From: Candidatus Cloacimonadota bacterium
GTDB lineage: Bacteria; Cloacimonadota; Cloacimonadia; Cloacimonadales; WRIO01
DNA: 19,342 nt
NCBI GenBank assembly: GCA_029564175.1
Contig: JAKQQL010000080.1
Coordinates: 1 to 19,342 of the forward strand
Direction of reading: 5' to 3'
Position numbers and translations under genes: made by a program
In this document: piece after piece, positions 1 to 7,944 of the stretch
Layout of the letters: each line of letters opens with the position of its first letter
Numbering within the stretch: the stretch's first letter is position 1
Notes under the pieces: model-generated
The model's input: only the letters and a program-made list of their open reading frames with translations
Told to the model about the DNA's origin: nothing
Database searches by the model: none

Positions 1-236
1 TGTTTTTTAGGTATCCCTTTAATAATGACTGATGATTCCAAAGTCAGGCTCTTTGCCAACTCAAATTTTTCTTCACCCAGTTCAGGCTTAAAAGCAACCG
101 CCTGAATCTCATCGGTCCCATCTCTCAAAATGATAAAGACCAGTTTTCCTGAAAAGCGGATATTTCTCACCCAGCCTTTGAGGGTCACTTCCTGACCTTC
201 GAACTGACTGATATTTTTTATAAATACATAACTCAT
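1..236 (-). CDS. asnS: Asparagine--tRNA ligase, N-terminal OB-fold anticodon-binding domain (runs off the window)
   Basis: Manual translation from ATG at 236 (SD AAGGAG upstream): MSYVFIKNISQFEGQEVTLKGWVRNIRFSGKLVFIILRDGTDEIQAV...LTLESSVIIKG. The GWV-R-GKL-F-LRDG pattern is typical of class IIb AsnRS; an archaeal-type AspRS cannot be fully excluded from this fragment. Confidence 0.85.
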   Translation of the reverse strand, partial: MSYVFIKNISQFEGQEVTLKGWVRNIRFSGKLVFIILRDGTDEIQAVAFKPELGEEKFELAKSLTLESSVIIKGIPKK

Positions 237-259
237 TTCTTTTCTCCTTTACTTGTGTT

Positions 260-358
260 CGTACTACAAGTTGTAGCGCAAGCTACCAGCTTGCGAAATG
301 ATCCGTACTACAAGCATCCTGCTTGTAGTCTTCTGCAAGCAGGATGCTTGCAGTACGG
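260..358. repeat. Cluster of REP-like palindromes (REPIN/BIME-like)
   Basis: GTAG-CGCAAGCT-ACC-AGCTTGCG (273-295), GTAC-TACAAGCA-TCC-TGCTTGTA (305-327), an inverted copy CTGCAAGCAGGATGCTTGCAGTACGG (333-358), and a truncated CGTACTACAAG (260-270). Confidence 0.8.
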
Positions 359-382
359 CAATATATTGCTTGCAGCTTTCAT

Positions 383-1363
383 TTATAATGATTTTCTCTT
401 AATTTTATCCATGATTTCCATTGCTATACGGAGTGCTTTAGTACCAGCTTCTCCATCCACAATTGGGTTTTTATTTTCATTGATACTGCTGACAAAAGAT
501 TCCAATTCCATCGTTAATGCATCTTTAGTTATATCATCAGCGTTGATTTCTTTCATATCGACTAAGTCTTGTGGGTCGAAATTAGTGTTACCCATCAGAA
601 TCTGAGGTAGTATTTTATTGATATTTTCTGACTTTCTCAGTACAGAAACTTTTTTCTCCTGAAAATCTAATGAGATATAGGCATCTTTCTGAAAGAAACG
701 GATTTTTCTTTCTCTTTTCATGGAGATACGGCTGGCGGTCACATTGGCAATGGCTCCGTTTTCAAACTCCAGACGGGCATTGGCAATATCAATGCTGGGA
801 GTCAGAATCCCAACTCCTGATGCTCTGATATCTGAGATATCACTTTTCACAAATGAAAGAATCAGATCAATATCATGGATCATCAGATCCAACACAACCG
901 GTACATCACTTCCTCGTGGATTAAAAGGAGCTAAACGATGGGATTCGATAAACATTGGATTCTGTATTTCATCTTCTACTTTTAAGATTACAGGATTAAA
1001 ACGTTCAATATGCCCAACCTGTATAAAGAGATTTTTTTCTTTTGCTATTTTTAGTAATTCTTCAGCCTGTGCAATCTCTGATGTAATCGGTTTTTCCAAA
1101 AAGACATGACAGCCTTTCAGCAAAGCAGGTTTTGCCAGATCATAATGCCAAGTGGTAGTTGCGGCCACATCGACTGCATCCACTTCATTGAGCATGTCTT
1201 CATAATTTTCAAACGTTTTCACCTGATACATATCAGCGATCTCTTTCGCTCTGTCAAACACCTTGTCATAAACACCGACTAACTGGCAATCTGCAATCTG
1301 ATTAAATATTCTTGCATGATGTTTCCCTAAATGTCCTACTCCAACAACGCCAACTTTTAACAT
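383..1363 (-). CDS. Gfo/Idh/MocA family NAD-dependent oxidoreductase (GnnA-like UDP-GlcNAc dehydrogenase subgroup)
   Basis: Rossmann motif VGVVGVGHLG, EKP motif, QVGHIERFNP, DLMIHDID. Start placed at ATG 1363 behind SD GAGGTG. Confidence 0.9.
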   Translation of the reverse strand: MLKVGVVGVGHLGKHHARIFNQIADCQLVGVYDKVFDRAKEIADMYQVKTFENYEDMLNEVDAVDVAATTTWHYDLAKPALLKGCHVFLEKPITSEIAQAEELLKIAKEKNLFIQVGHIERFNPVILKVEDEIQNPMFIESHRLAPFNPRGSDVPVVLDLMIHDIDLILSFVKSDISDIRASGVGILTPSIDIANARLEFENGAIANVTASRISMKRERKIRFFQKDAYISLDFQEKKVSVLRKSENINKILPQILMGNTNFDPQDLVDMKEINADDITKDALTMELESFVSSINENKNPIVDGEAGTKALRIAMEIMDKIKRKSL

Positions 1364-1426
1364 ATGCACCTCTTTATACTTATCTTTTATGGGCAGTTTT
1401 TAAGCCTATCCTCATATTTAAAAGTT

Positions 1427-1454
1427 ATTTTACTAAAAGGGCATAAAATGTCAA
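1427..1454 (-). promoter_or_regulatory. Putative sigma70 promoter for the oxidoreductase (and possibly asnS)
   Basis: Minus strand TTGACA (1454-1449), 16 nt spacer, TAAAAT (1432-1427). Confidence 0.55.
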
Positions 1455-1513
1455 GCAGGAATATAGCCTGCTTTTCAAGCCTTTTTTTGATCTGTCACAA
1501 ACTATAACGAGAT

Positions 1514-1536
1514 GTAGGGCGGGCATCCTGCCCGTT
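1514..1536 (+). repeat. Single REP-like palindrome
   Basis: GTAG-GGCGGGCA-TCC-TGCCCGTT, same tetranucleotide + 8-bp stem + 3-nt loop geometry as the copies at 273-358. Confidence 0.7.
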
Positions 1537-1606
1537 TATGTGCAGAAAATTTCGGAACTATTCATTTTTTACACAGAGAGTGACAAACAAGATACTTATG
1601 TTTAGA

Positions 1607-3013
1607 TCAAAAATGAAGTAACTTCGTATAATATGACTTTTTAATCTCAGAATCCGTTTTTAAGAATAGCAGATTCTGTTCATCCGGACAGTCAAGTAAA
1701 GACAGAAGAGGTTTGTCTGAAACGATTAAATCCTTCTCATATTTCAATTCTGTTAAATTGATTTTGTTGAGACTGTATTCGATATGGTCAACCCTGTCTT
1801 TGTAACGATAGGAAACAAAATATACGAAATCATTACCAAGCGCAAGACTGAGATCATAACGATATACAGCATCTTCTTCAAGGTTAGGAATATTAAGTTT
1901 CTGATAATTAATTTCTCCTTTTTTTCTGAAAAAAGTGCCATATACGATGGTCTTTCTATCATAAAAAGACTCTATTTGTTCAGCAATAAATGCTTCAAGA
2001 TGAAATTCCCCAAACTGGTTAGACCCTGAAGCAGAACTATCTTTGATTTCTAAAGGGCTATTGTCAGGCAAACTGGACACATAGTTTTCAATCTGATAAT
2101 CTTTTAAGTCTTTTTCTATCAGATACTTTTTATCTTTTAAAATAATCTCAATCTGATTTCCATTGAATGACATCTCATGTGCGATTTTTTTCCCTTTAAT
2201 ATAAAATCTTTTCTGTTTTACCGTTTTTAATGTTTTTTGATCCACTAAGTAAAAGTTAAAGATCCCTGACAGAAAATCCCTGCTTCCAAATATCAATTGC
2301 TGATTATAATACCCAAGATACTTCAGATTGACCAAAAAATGAGGATCAAGGTTTAATATGATTTGATTGTATCCTTCAATCGGATCCTTGTAAATCTCAG
2401 GGTTAACCTGATAATCAGCTTTATAGAATACATAATGATTAGCACTTGTCTTTACCAGAGTATAGGTGATTGTATGGATCCATTCTCTTTTCTTGCTATC
2501 TTTGTAAAAACGAACCGTCAGATCCAAAGAAGTTTTGGAAATTGGTCTGATTTTCTCAAGCACAGGATACCTGACATGCAGGTTTTCTTTTTGATAAAAA
2601 CTGAGAATTCTCGGGTCAAAAACAATAAGTTGATAATTCCTGTCATAAACCACTTCTTCAAGTTCATCCGGATTAATAGTATAATTCATAAAGTATTCCT
2701 GACAAATACTGTTCAATTCACTGATCGGGATCTTGTAAATCACCACATTCTCTTTATAGCTTCTCAGTTTATTAAAGCCGTGTCTCCGATAATACTCGTT
2801 CAGGGCAAACTTTACCATATTATTCATTGGAATATCTTTGACAGTATCAAAACCATTGCAGGGATTGAGCTCATGAACCGCATTCCGGATATAATGATTC
2901 CAGAAATACTGTAGCGAATCAGCCTGTGTTGATTTCTCATCTAATGAAAATAAAGAAAAGGGTATCGATAACAGACAGAGAATAATGATAAGAATCCAAA
3001 CTTTTAACTTCAT
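1607..3013 (-). CDS. Secreted hypothetical protein
   Basis: 468 aa ORF with an N-terminal Sec signal (MKLKVWILIIILCLLSIPFSLFS). ATGA overlap with the upstream gene. Beta-rich C-terminal half. Confidence 0.8.
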   Translation of the reverse strand: MKLKVWILIIILCLLSIPFSLFSLDEKSTQADSLQYFWNHYIRNAVHELNPCNGFDTVKDIPMNNMVKFALNEYYRRHGFNKLRSYKENVVIYKIPISELNSICQEYFMNYTINPDELEEVVYDRNYQLIVFDPRILSFYQKENLHVRYPVLEKIRPISKTSLDLTVRFYKDSKKREWIHTITYTLVKTSANHYVFYKADYQVNPEIYKDPIEGYNQIILNLDPHFLVNLKYLGYYNQQLIFGSRDFLSGIFNFYLVDQKTLKTVKQKRFYIKGKKIAHEMSFNGNQIEIILKDKKYLIEKDLKDYQIENYVSSLPDNSPLEIKDSSASGSNQFGEFHLEAFIAEQIESFYDRKTIVYGTFFRKKGEINYQKLNIPNLEEDAVYRYDLSLALGNDFVYFVSYRYKDRVDHIEYSLNKINLTELKYEKDLIVSDKPLLSLLDCPDEQNLLFLKTDSEIKKSYYTKLLHF

Positions 3014-4650
3014 TTTATCATCCCTTTTTTAGTCATATAGATATCTCTGTTTGCTCTGAATATAAGGCGATTATCCTGTGTCATACCCAATAATTCCACA
3101 TAAGAAGCAAATCCTTTTAAAGCGATATTGACATTTGAGATTTTCTTCGTCTTTAGATTTAGTGTATATATTGCGCATCCATTCTCATCAGAAAAGAGTG
3201 TAAACACATAAAAATCATTGTTTGCAATTCCATGACTCATATACTCTCCAAATTTTGCAGCTAATTCAATTACTGATGTATTTATATAAAAGTCTGAAAC
3301 CATGAGATATGATTTATCGTCTGACCAGTTGTGATATAATTTTATAATTTTATCATCTGTCACATAGTTTAAATCCTCTTCTGATTTTGCTTCCAGCTGC
3401 AATAATTGTTTATTCATGATGTCATACACATATACATTTCCAACAAAGTGATCCCCTGCTTCACAGAATACGATTTTCTTCTCATTCTCCACAAATTTGA
3501 TATTATAAAAAAATTCAAAATGTTCATATGCTTTGATCAGAGTTTCCTTTTGTGTTTTCATATCATATAAAATAAGTCCCTGTAAATCCGAATAAATGGC
3601 TAATGTCTTGTCTTTATTCATCTTTTCAAAATAATTGATAAAAGTTTGCATACTGGAGTTAACTTGCTTTTTAATGATATTGTATTCGCTTTTTGTGAAA
3701 ATCACACTGTCATTCTCAGGATTGTAAACTAAATTATAATATTTTCCCTGAAGTTTAATCTTTTCATCCACTATAAATCGGGGCGTGTTATATCGTGTGC
3801 TTATATCAGGGAAACTGGTTACTCCGGCCTTTTCAAAGTCTTCCTTTCTATATTTTATAAGATATTGTTCATCATCAATAATACCTGGTTCTGTTAATCT
3901 TGAACTGTTAAAATAATAGTACAAAGAATCTTCATACAACATCTTATGAACATAATCGAAATCTGATTGCTGAGGATTAAGCAATTCACAAGTTTCTTTC
4001 AGATCAGGTTTCATCCGATTTTCTATCTTAACATAGTTATCCTTCAACAAATATTTGCGTCTGATACAAGCAAAATAATAGGAACTGTCCTTTTTCCTTC
4101 TAAGATAAATACTATTAACACTGACTGCCTGACCTGGATGATCATGGCGATATTCCTTCATTACAACCTTGATTATACCTCTATTATAGAATTCGAAATG
4201 AGATAGCTTGTAAGGGCTATCTAATGGCTGAAAATAATTCTGCCCAATGATAACACCTGTATTCAGAAAAGCCTCAGATATAATGTTTGAATCCAGATTA
4301 AAATAACGTTTTCTTAATGGGTTTAGTAAAAAGTCCTGAATCTGATAAAAAGAACAATACTGATTTTTTTGTATATTAAGTCTTGAAATTCCATACTGTT
4401 TCAGGTATTTTCTAATACAGTAATGGTTCATTAATGTTTTATTTTGTTCCAGATTTGGTGTTTCAAAAGCTTCTGGCTCATACAGATCATTGATATACTC
4501 TTCCAGAATCTGTTTCTCAATCTGCTTTTGATTTTCTACCTTGATTTGAGTGATTTTCTCATACTTCCCGTCAATCATCAGACTATCTGATAACTGAGCA
4601 TAAAGGCATGAACTTAATAATAATACAAATCCAATGAACAATTGTTTCAT
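3010..4650 (-). CDS. Secreted hypothetical protein, probable C-terminal beta-propeller
   Basis: 546 aa ORF, SD AGGAGG, signal peptide MKQLFIGFVLLLSSCLYA, propeller-like blades (LILYDMKTQKET, VYVYDIMNKQL, IYTLNLKTKK). Confidence 0.8.
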   Translation of the reverse strand: MKQLFIGFVLLLSSCLYAQLSDSLMIDGKYEKITQIKVENQKQIEKQILEEYINDLYEPEAFETPNLEQNKTLMNHYCIRKYLKQYGISRLNIQKNQYCSFYQIQDFLLNPLRKRYFNLDSNIISEAFLNTGVIIGQNYFQPLDSPYKLSHFEFYNRGIIKVVMKEYRHDHPGQAVSVNSIYLRRKKDSSYYFACIRRKYLLKDNYVKIENRMKPDLKETCELLNPQQSDFDYVHKMLYEDSLYYYFNSSRLTEPGIIDDEQYLIKYRKEDFEKAGVTSFPDISTRYNTPRFIVDEKIKLQGKYYNLVYNPENDSVIFTKSEYNIIKKQVNSSMQTFINYFEKMNKDKTLAIYSDLQGLILYDMKTQKETLIKAYEHFEFFYNIKFVENEKKIVFCEAGDHFVGNVYVYDIMNKQLLQLEAKSEEDLNYVTDDKIIKLYHNWSDDKSYLMVSDFYINTSVIELAAKFGEYMSHGIANNDFYVFTLFSDENGCAIYTLNLKTKKISNVNIALKGFASYVELLGMTQDNRLIFRANRDIYMTKKGMIK

Positions 4651-4668
4651 TTATCCTCCTTTTTTGTC

Positions 4669-4697
4669 AGAATAACTTTTTTAAACCAGAATGTCAA
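4669..4697 (-). promoter_or_regulatory. Putative sigma70 promoter for the 4650/3013 gene pair
   Basis: Minus strand TTGACA (4697-4692), 17 nt spacer, TATTCT (4674-4669). Confidence 0.6.
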
Positions 4698-4839
4698 GTC
4701 TCTTTTTGTTCTTTGTATGAATTTATTAAAAACATCTGGTCTCTGATAATATATTCAAAAAAGACTGTCCTTATTTTTTCTCTCAGATTATTTTTTTGTA
4801 AAAGATTGTTTGTGAGAATTACCCATTTAAGCTATTAGC

Positions 4840-4951
4840 AATCCTCTTTGCTCCCTATTTCATTCCTATTTCATTCCTATTCCACTCCTATTCAAATCCT
4901 ATTCAATTCTCCAAGAAAGGAAGAGGAATGGAATAGGGAAGAAAGAGGAAA
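4840..4951. repeat. Imperfect inverted repeat built of 11-bp tandem units
   Basis: Six units resembling ATTCCTATTYC (4840-4905), then three reverse-complement units GGAAGAGGAAT / GGAATAGGGAA / GAAAGAGGAAA (4919-4951). Confidence 0.75.
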
Positions 4952-4977
4952 ACAGGATGCTCACTGTACGAAAATAC

Positions 4978-5006
4978 TTGACAAAGCACTCGATTTCTAT
5001 TAGTAT
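4978..5006 (+). promoter_or_regulatory. Putative sigma70 promoter
   Basis: TTGACA (4978-4983), 17 nt spacer, TAGTAT (5001-5006), followed by SD-like AAGGGGGT and ATG at 5025. Confidence 0.65.
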
Positions 5007-5024
5007 TTTTAAAAGGGGGTAAAG

Positions 5025-6326
5025 ATGAAAAGGTACAATTGGCTTTTTGTAATGATTATATGAGGGTTTATACTGATTATGAATGCTCAAAAAAGTGAGA
5101 TTAACCGGGTTTATAAAGAATCCATGGTAGCTTATCAGGCTAAGGATTACAAGGGCTTTTTAGAAAAGAATATTCAATTGTATCAGTGGATACCAGACAA
5201 TCCGACACTGCTTTATAATCTCGCCTGTGCCTATTCACTCAATCAGCAAAAAGAGAATGCACTTGAGATACTTAATAAACTGATTCTCATTCAGCCTAAC
5301 GAGGCTATTATTACAGAAAACGATTTTTCGTTTATCAGGGATTCTGAAGGTTTTAAGATCATTTGTGATGAAATCAGAGAAGCCAATAAACCGATTTCTA
5401 CCAGTGAGACTGCATTTATTATTAAAGAGCGGGATCTTCATGCCGAAGGTATCGCTTATGATCAGAAAACAGGGTGTTTTTATGTCAGTAGTGTGCATAA
5501 ACGGAAGATTGTCTGTATTCAAGCGGATGGATCAGTTAAAGATTTTATAACAGATAAGACAGCGCCAGAACTGGATGGCGTTATGGGGATGAAAATTGAC
5601 TCAGAAAATAGAATTCTCTATGCAGTCAGTACAGCTTATAAAAACGTAAAGAATTATAAAGAAGAAGATTTTGGCAGAACCGGTCTGTATCTCTTTGATC
5701 TGGATAAGGGAACTCTTCTGGATAAATACATTTACAGAGATACTGAATTTGGGGCTGACGATGTCCTTTTCAGCTCAGATGGAGAAATCTATTTATCTGG
5801 TAATAAAGAAATCAGACGAATTCAAAAAGAGAATCATCAGGTTGAGGTGTTCTGTGAAAATGACCAGTTTGTTTCTTTACAAGGCATAGATTTTAGTCCG
5901 GATCAGAAAAAGATGTTTATTTCGGACTATTCAAACGGTCTGTTTGTTCTGGATCTAAAGACAAAAGAGTTAAAATCCTTGAAAGCTCCTAAAAATCTCA
6001 GACTCTTTGGTATTGACGGACTTTATTTTTACAAAGAAAGTCTGATTGCAATTCAAAACGGTCTGAAACCATGCCAGGTAACTCAGTTTTATCTGAGTCA
6101 GGATTATTCAGAAATATTAAGTTATCGTATTCTTGAACGTAACAACCCACTTTTTGGAGATCCGACCCTTGGTGTAATAAAAGGCAATGAATTCTACTAT
6201 ATCGCTAATGATCAGCGTACTACAGCTTATGATGCTTCATTTCAGCCTTTGCCTTATGAACAACTTAATGATATTATCATTCTCAAAACCAAAATAGATG
6301 CCCAATTTAAAGATACTTCCAAATGA
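5025..6326 (+). CDS. TPR + SMP-30/gluconolactonase/LRE-like beta-propeller protein; signal peptide interrupted by in-frame TGA at 5061-5063 (uninterrupted ORF is 5079-6326)
   Basis: TPR-like YNLACAYSL..ALEIL. Propeller blades EGIAYDQKTGCFYVSS, GMKIDSENRILYA, QGIDFSPDQKKMFISDY, GIDGL. The upstream ATG 5025 is in frame: MKRYNWLFVMII*GFILIMNAQ. Confidence 0.8.
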
Positions 6327-6448
6327 ACTAGGCTCTTTTATTCAAATACTGAGTATAATTTTGATTATACAATCTATCTTTAAGACAGTGATAGATCAAC
6401 CTGTTTATAGAAGCAAAGAAGTTTCATACAAAGATACCATAGAAAAAC

Positions 6449-6706
6449 TTACAATCTGATAGATTTTATACAACCCTGATTCAATTTGATTGCAATTGAT
6501 CCTCGGATCATCATCAATATACCAATTTCATTGTTACAATTGGGGCAAACTGGTTTGAAAAAAGTGGGTAAGCCTTTTAAACCGACAAAATCTTTCTCCA
6601 TTCTATCAACAAAACATTTGATTATTCGTCCTTTTCCTGCTTTAAAATACCTGAACAATAAAAATCCACATTTACATTCAATATCAACAATTTTTCCAAT
6701 CTTCAT
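6449..6706 (-). CDS. Small Cys-rich zinc-ribbon-like hypothetical protein
   Basis: SD GAGGTG before ATG 6706. CKC...Y.K.GKG.IIKC...CPNC pattern. Confidence 0.7.
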   Translation of the reverse strand: MKIGKIVDIECKCGFLLFRYFKAGKGRIIKCFVDRMEKDFVGLKGLPTFFKPVCPNCNNEIGILMMIRGSIAIKLNQGCIKSIRL

Positions 6707-6842
6707 AAACACCTCTTAATCAGTCTTTTTTATAATATCAATGTTTTGTCAAGTATGACTTTACAAAAGTATTTAAAAGACATCCAATGAGTTTTTCTTA
6801 ACAGTATATGATATATTTTTTTTTATAAATCCATTAAATAAT

Positions 6843-6870
6843 TTGACATAAATTAGTCCTTTATTATTTT
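6843..6870 (+). promoter_or_regulatory. Putative sigma70 promoter for the EIIA-CBS gene
   Basis: TTGACA (6843-6848), 16 nt spacer, TATTTT (6865-6870). Confidence 0.4.
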
Positions 6871-6891
6871 TTGTATTATAAGGAGGTCAAA

Positions 6892-7800
6892 ATGCCTGCA
6901 TTACACTTATCAAGCTTACTAAATAAAGATTTGATCAAAATCAACATCACTTCAGAATCGTTAGAGAATATTTATGCAATTCTATTAGATGAAATATGTG
7001 AATTGTTTAAATTACCTGTCCCATGCAGTGATTTACTTCAAAAAATTATTGAACGAGAAAAAGAAGCCAGCACAGTTTTCCCAACAGGAGTGTCTATTCC
7101 TCATGTACATATAGAAGATTATGATGATACCATTATCGGAATAGCAATTCCATCTGAACCTGTTCACACCGAACACGGCGATATCAAAATGTTGATAATG
7201 GTGATTTCAGGAACGCTTCAAAATACCTTATATCTTCATATATTACAGTCTATTATTAAACTTTCTAAAGATACTGTACTCTTTGACAAACTTGTAAAAG
7301 TCAGAAAACCAGATGAATTTATAGAGTTAATTGCACGGGGTGATTTTGCTTTAAAACGTAATGTAACAGTCAGCGATTTAATGTCTAACAAGATATTCTA
7401 TGTTAAACGGGAAATGAGTTTAAAAGAACTGGGAAATATCTTTTATGAAAAAAATTATGGCTACTGTCCGGTAGTAGATGACAACCTAAATTTAATAGGT
7501 GAAGTGACCGTTCTTGATTTAATTATGACTGGATTTCCAGATTATACCAATTATCTGGGAAACATGAATTTTTTAAAATCATTTGAACCATTTGAGACAT
7601 TGCTCAGAGAAGAAAAAAACATCAAAGTAATAGACATCATGAAAAAAGTGGAATGTCAACTGACACCTGAAGCGTCTCTTATTGAAGCGGTTTTTCTTAT
7701 GAAAAAGAATAGAAGAAGAGATATTCCGGTTGTCGTTAATAAAAAAATCGTAGGAATAATTAGTTTTATGGACATCTTTAGAAAAATTATCAGAGGTTAA
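6892..7800 (+). CDS. PTS EIIA (Fru/Ntr-type) domain fused to a tandem CBS pair
   Basis: EIIA signature REKEASTVFPTGVSIPH with the phosphorylatable His. CBS motifs VSDLM...CPVVDDNLNLIGEVTVLDL and IPVVVNKKIVGIISFMDI. SD AGGAGG supports ATG 6892. Confidence 0.88.
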   Translation: MPALHLSSLLNKDLIKINITSESLENIYAILLDEICELFKLPVPCSDLLQKIIEREKEASTVFPTGVSIPHVHIEDYDDTIIGIAIPSEPVHTEHGDIKMLIMVISGTLQNTLYLHILQSIIKLSKDTVLFDKLVKVRKPDEFIELIARGDFALKRNVTVSDLMSNKIFYVKREMSLKELGNIFYEKNYGYCPVVDDNLNLIGEVTVLDLIMTGFPDYTNYLGNMNFLKSFEPFETLLREEKNIKVIDIMKKVECQLTPEASLIEAVFLMKKNRRRDIPVVVNKKIVGIISFMDIFRKIIRG

Positions 7801-7877
7801 AATAATTGATTATCAACCATCGTTTTCTTTCGTTTATTCAACAATTGAATGAAAAGAGAAAAAGCATTAAAAAGCAA

Positions 7878-7905
7878 TTGACAAAAAACAGTAAAAGAAT
7901 AATTT
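7878..7905 (+). promoter_or_regulatory. Putative sigma70 promoter for the pilin-like gene
   Basis: TTGACA (7878-7883), 16 nt spacer, TAATTT (7900-7905). Confidence 0.45.
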
Positions 7906-7944
7906 TAACAAAAAAAATAATATGGTGACTATAAAGGAGGCAAA

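Noticed and set aside
255..605. 116-aa + strand ORF
   Set aside because: Runs through the REP cluster and antisense to the oxidoreductase, with no SD or recognisable motif.
1453..1475. Hairpin AAGCAGG-N7-CCTGCTT as terminator of the upstream minus-strand operon
   Set aside because: The U-tract is on the + strand only, where no gene ends. Role unclear.
720..2914. Antisense or alternate-frame ORFs (720-1109, 1753-1962, 1784-2029, 2363-2914) and similar short ORFs inside later genes
   Set aside because: Shadow ORFs overlapping well-supported CDSs, with no independent coding evidence.
4899..5090. 63-aa minus-strand ORF
   Set aside because: Overlaps the promoter, the signal-peptide region and the 11-bp repeat. 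Its hydrophobic tail is just translated repeat.
5061..5120. Selenocysteine insertion at TGA 5061 (or 18878)
   Set aside because: No evident SECIS hairpin downstream, and the positions (signal peptide, membrane-protein tail) are not redox or catalytic sites.
6747..6752. Minus-strand TTGACA at 6747-6752 (and at 14539-14544) as promoters
   Set aside because: No convincing -10 hexamer at 16-18 nt spacing.
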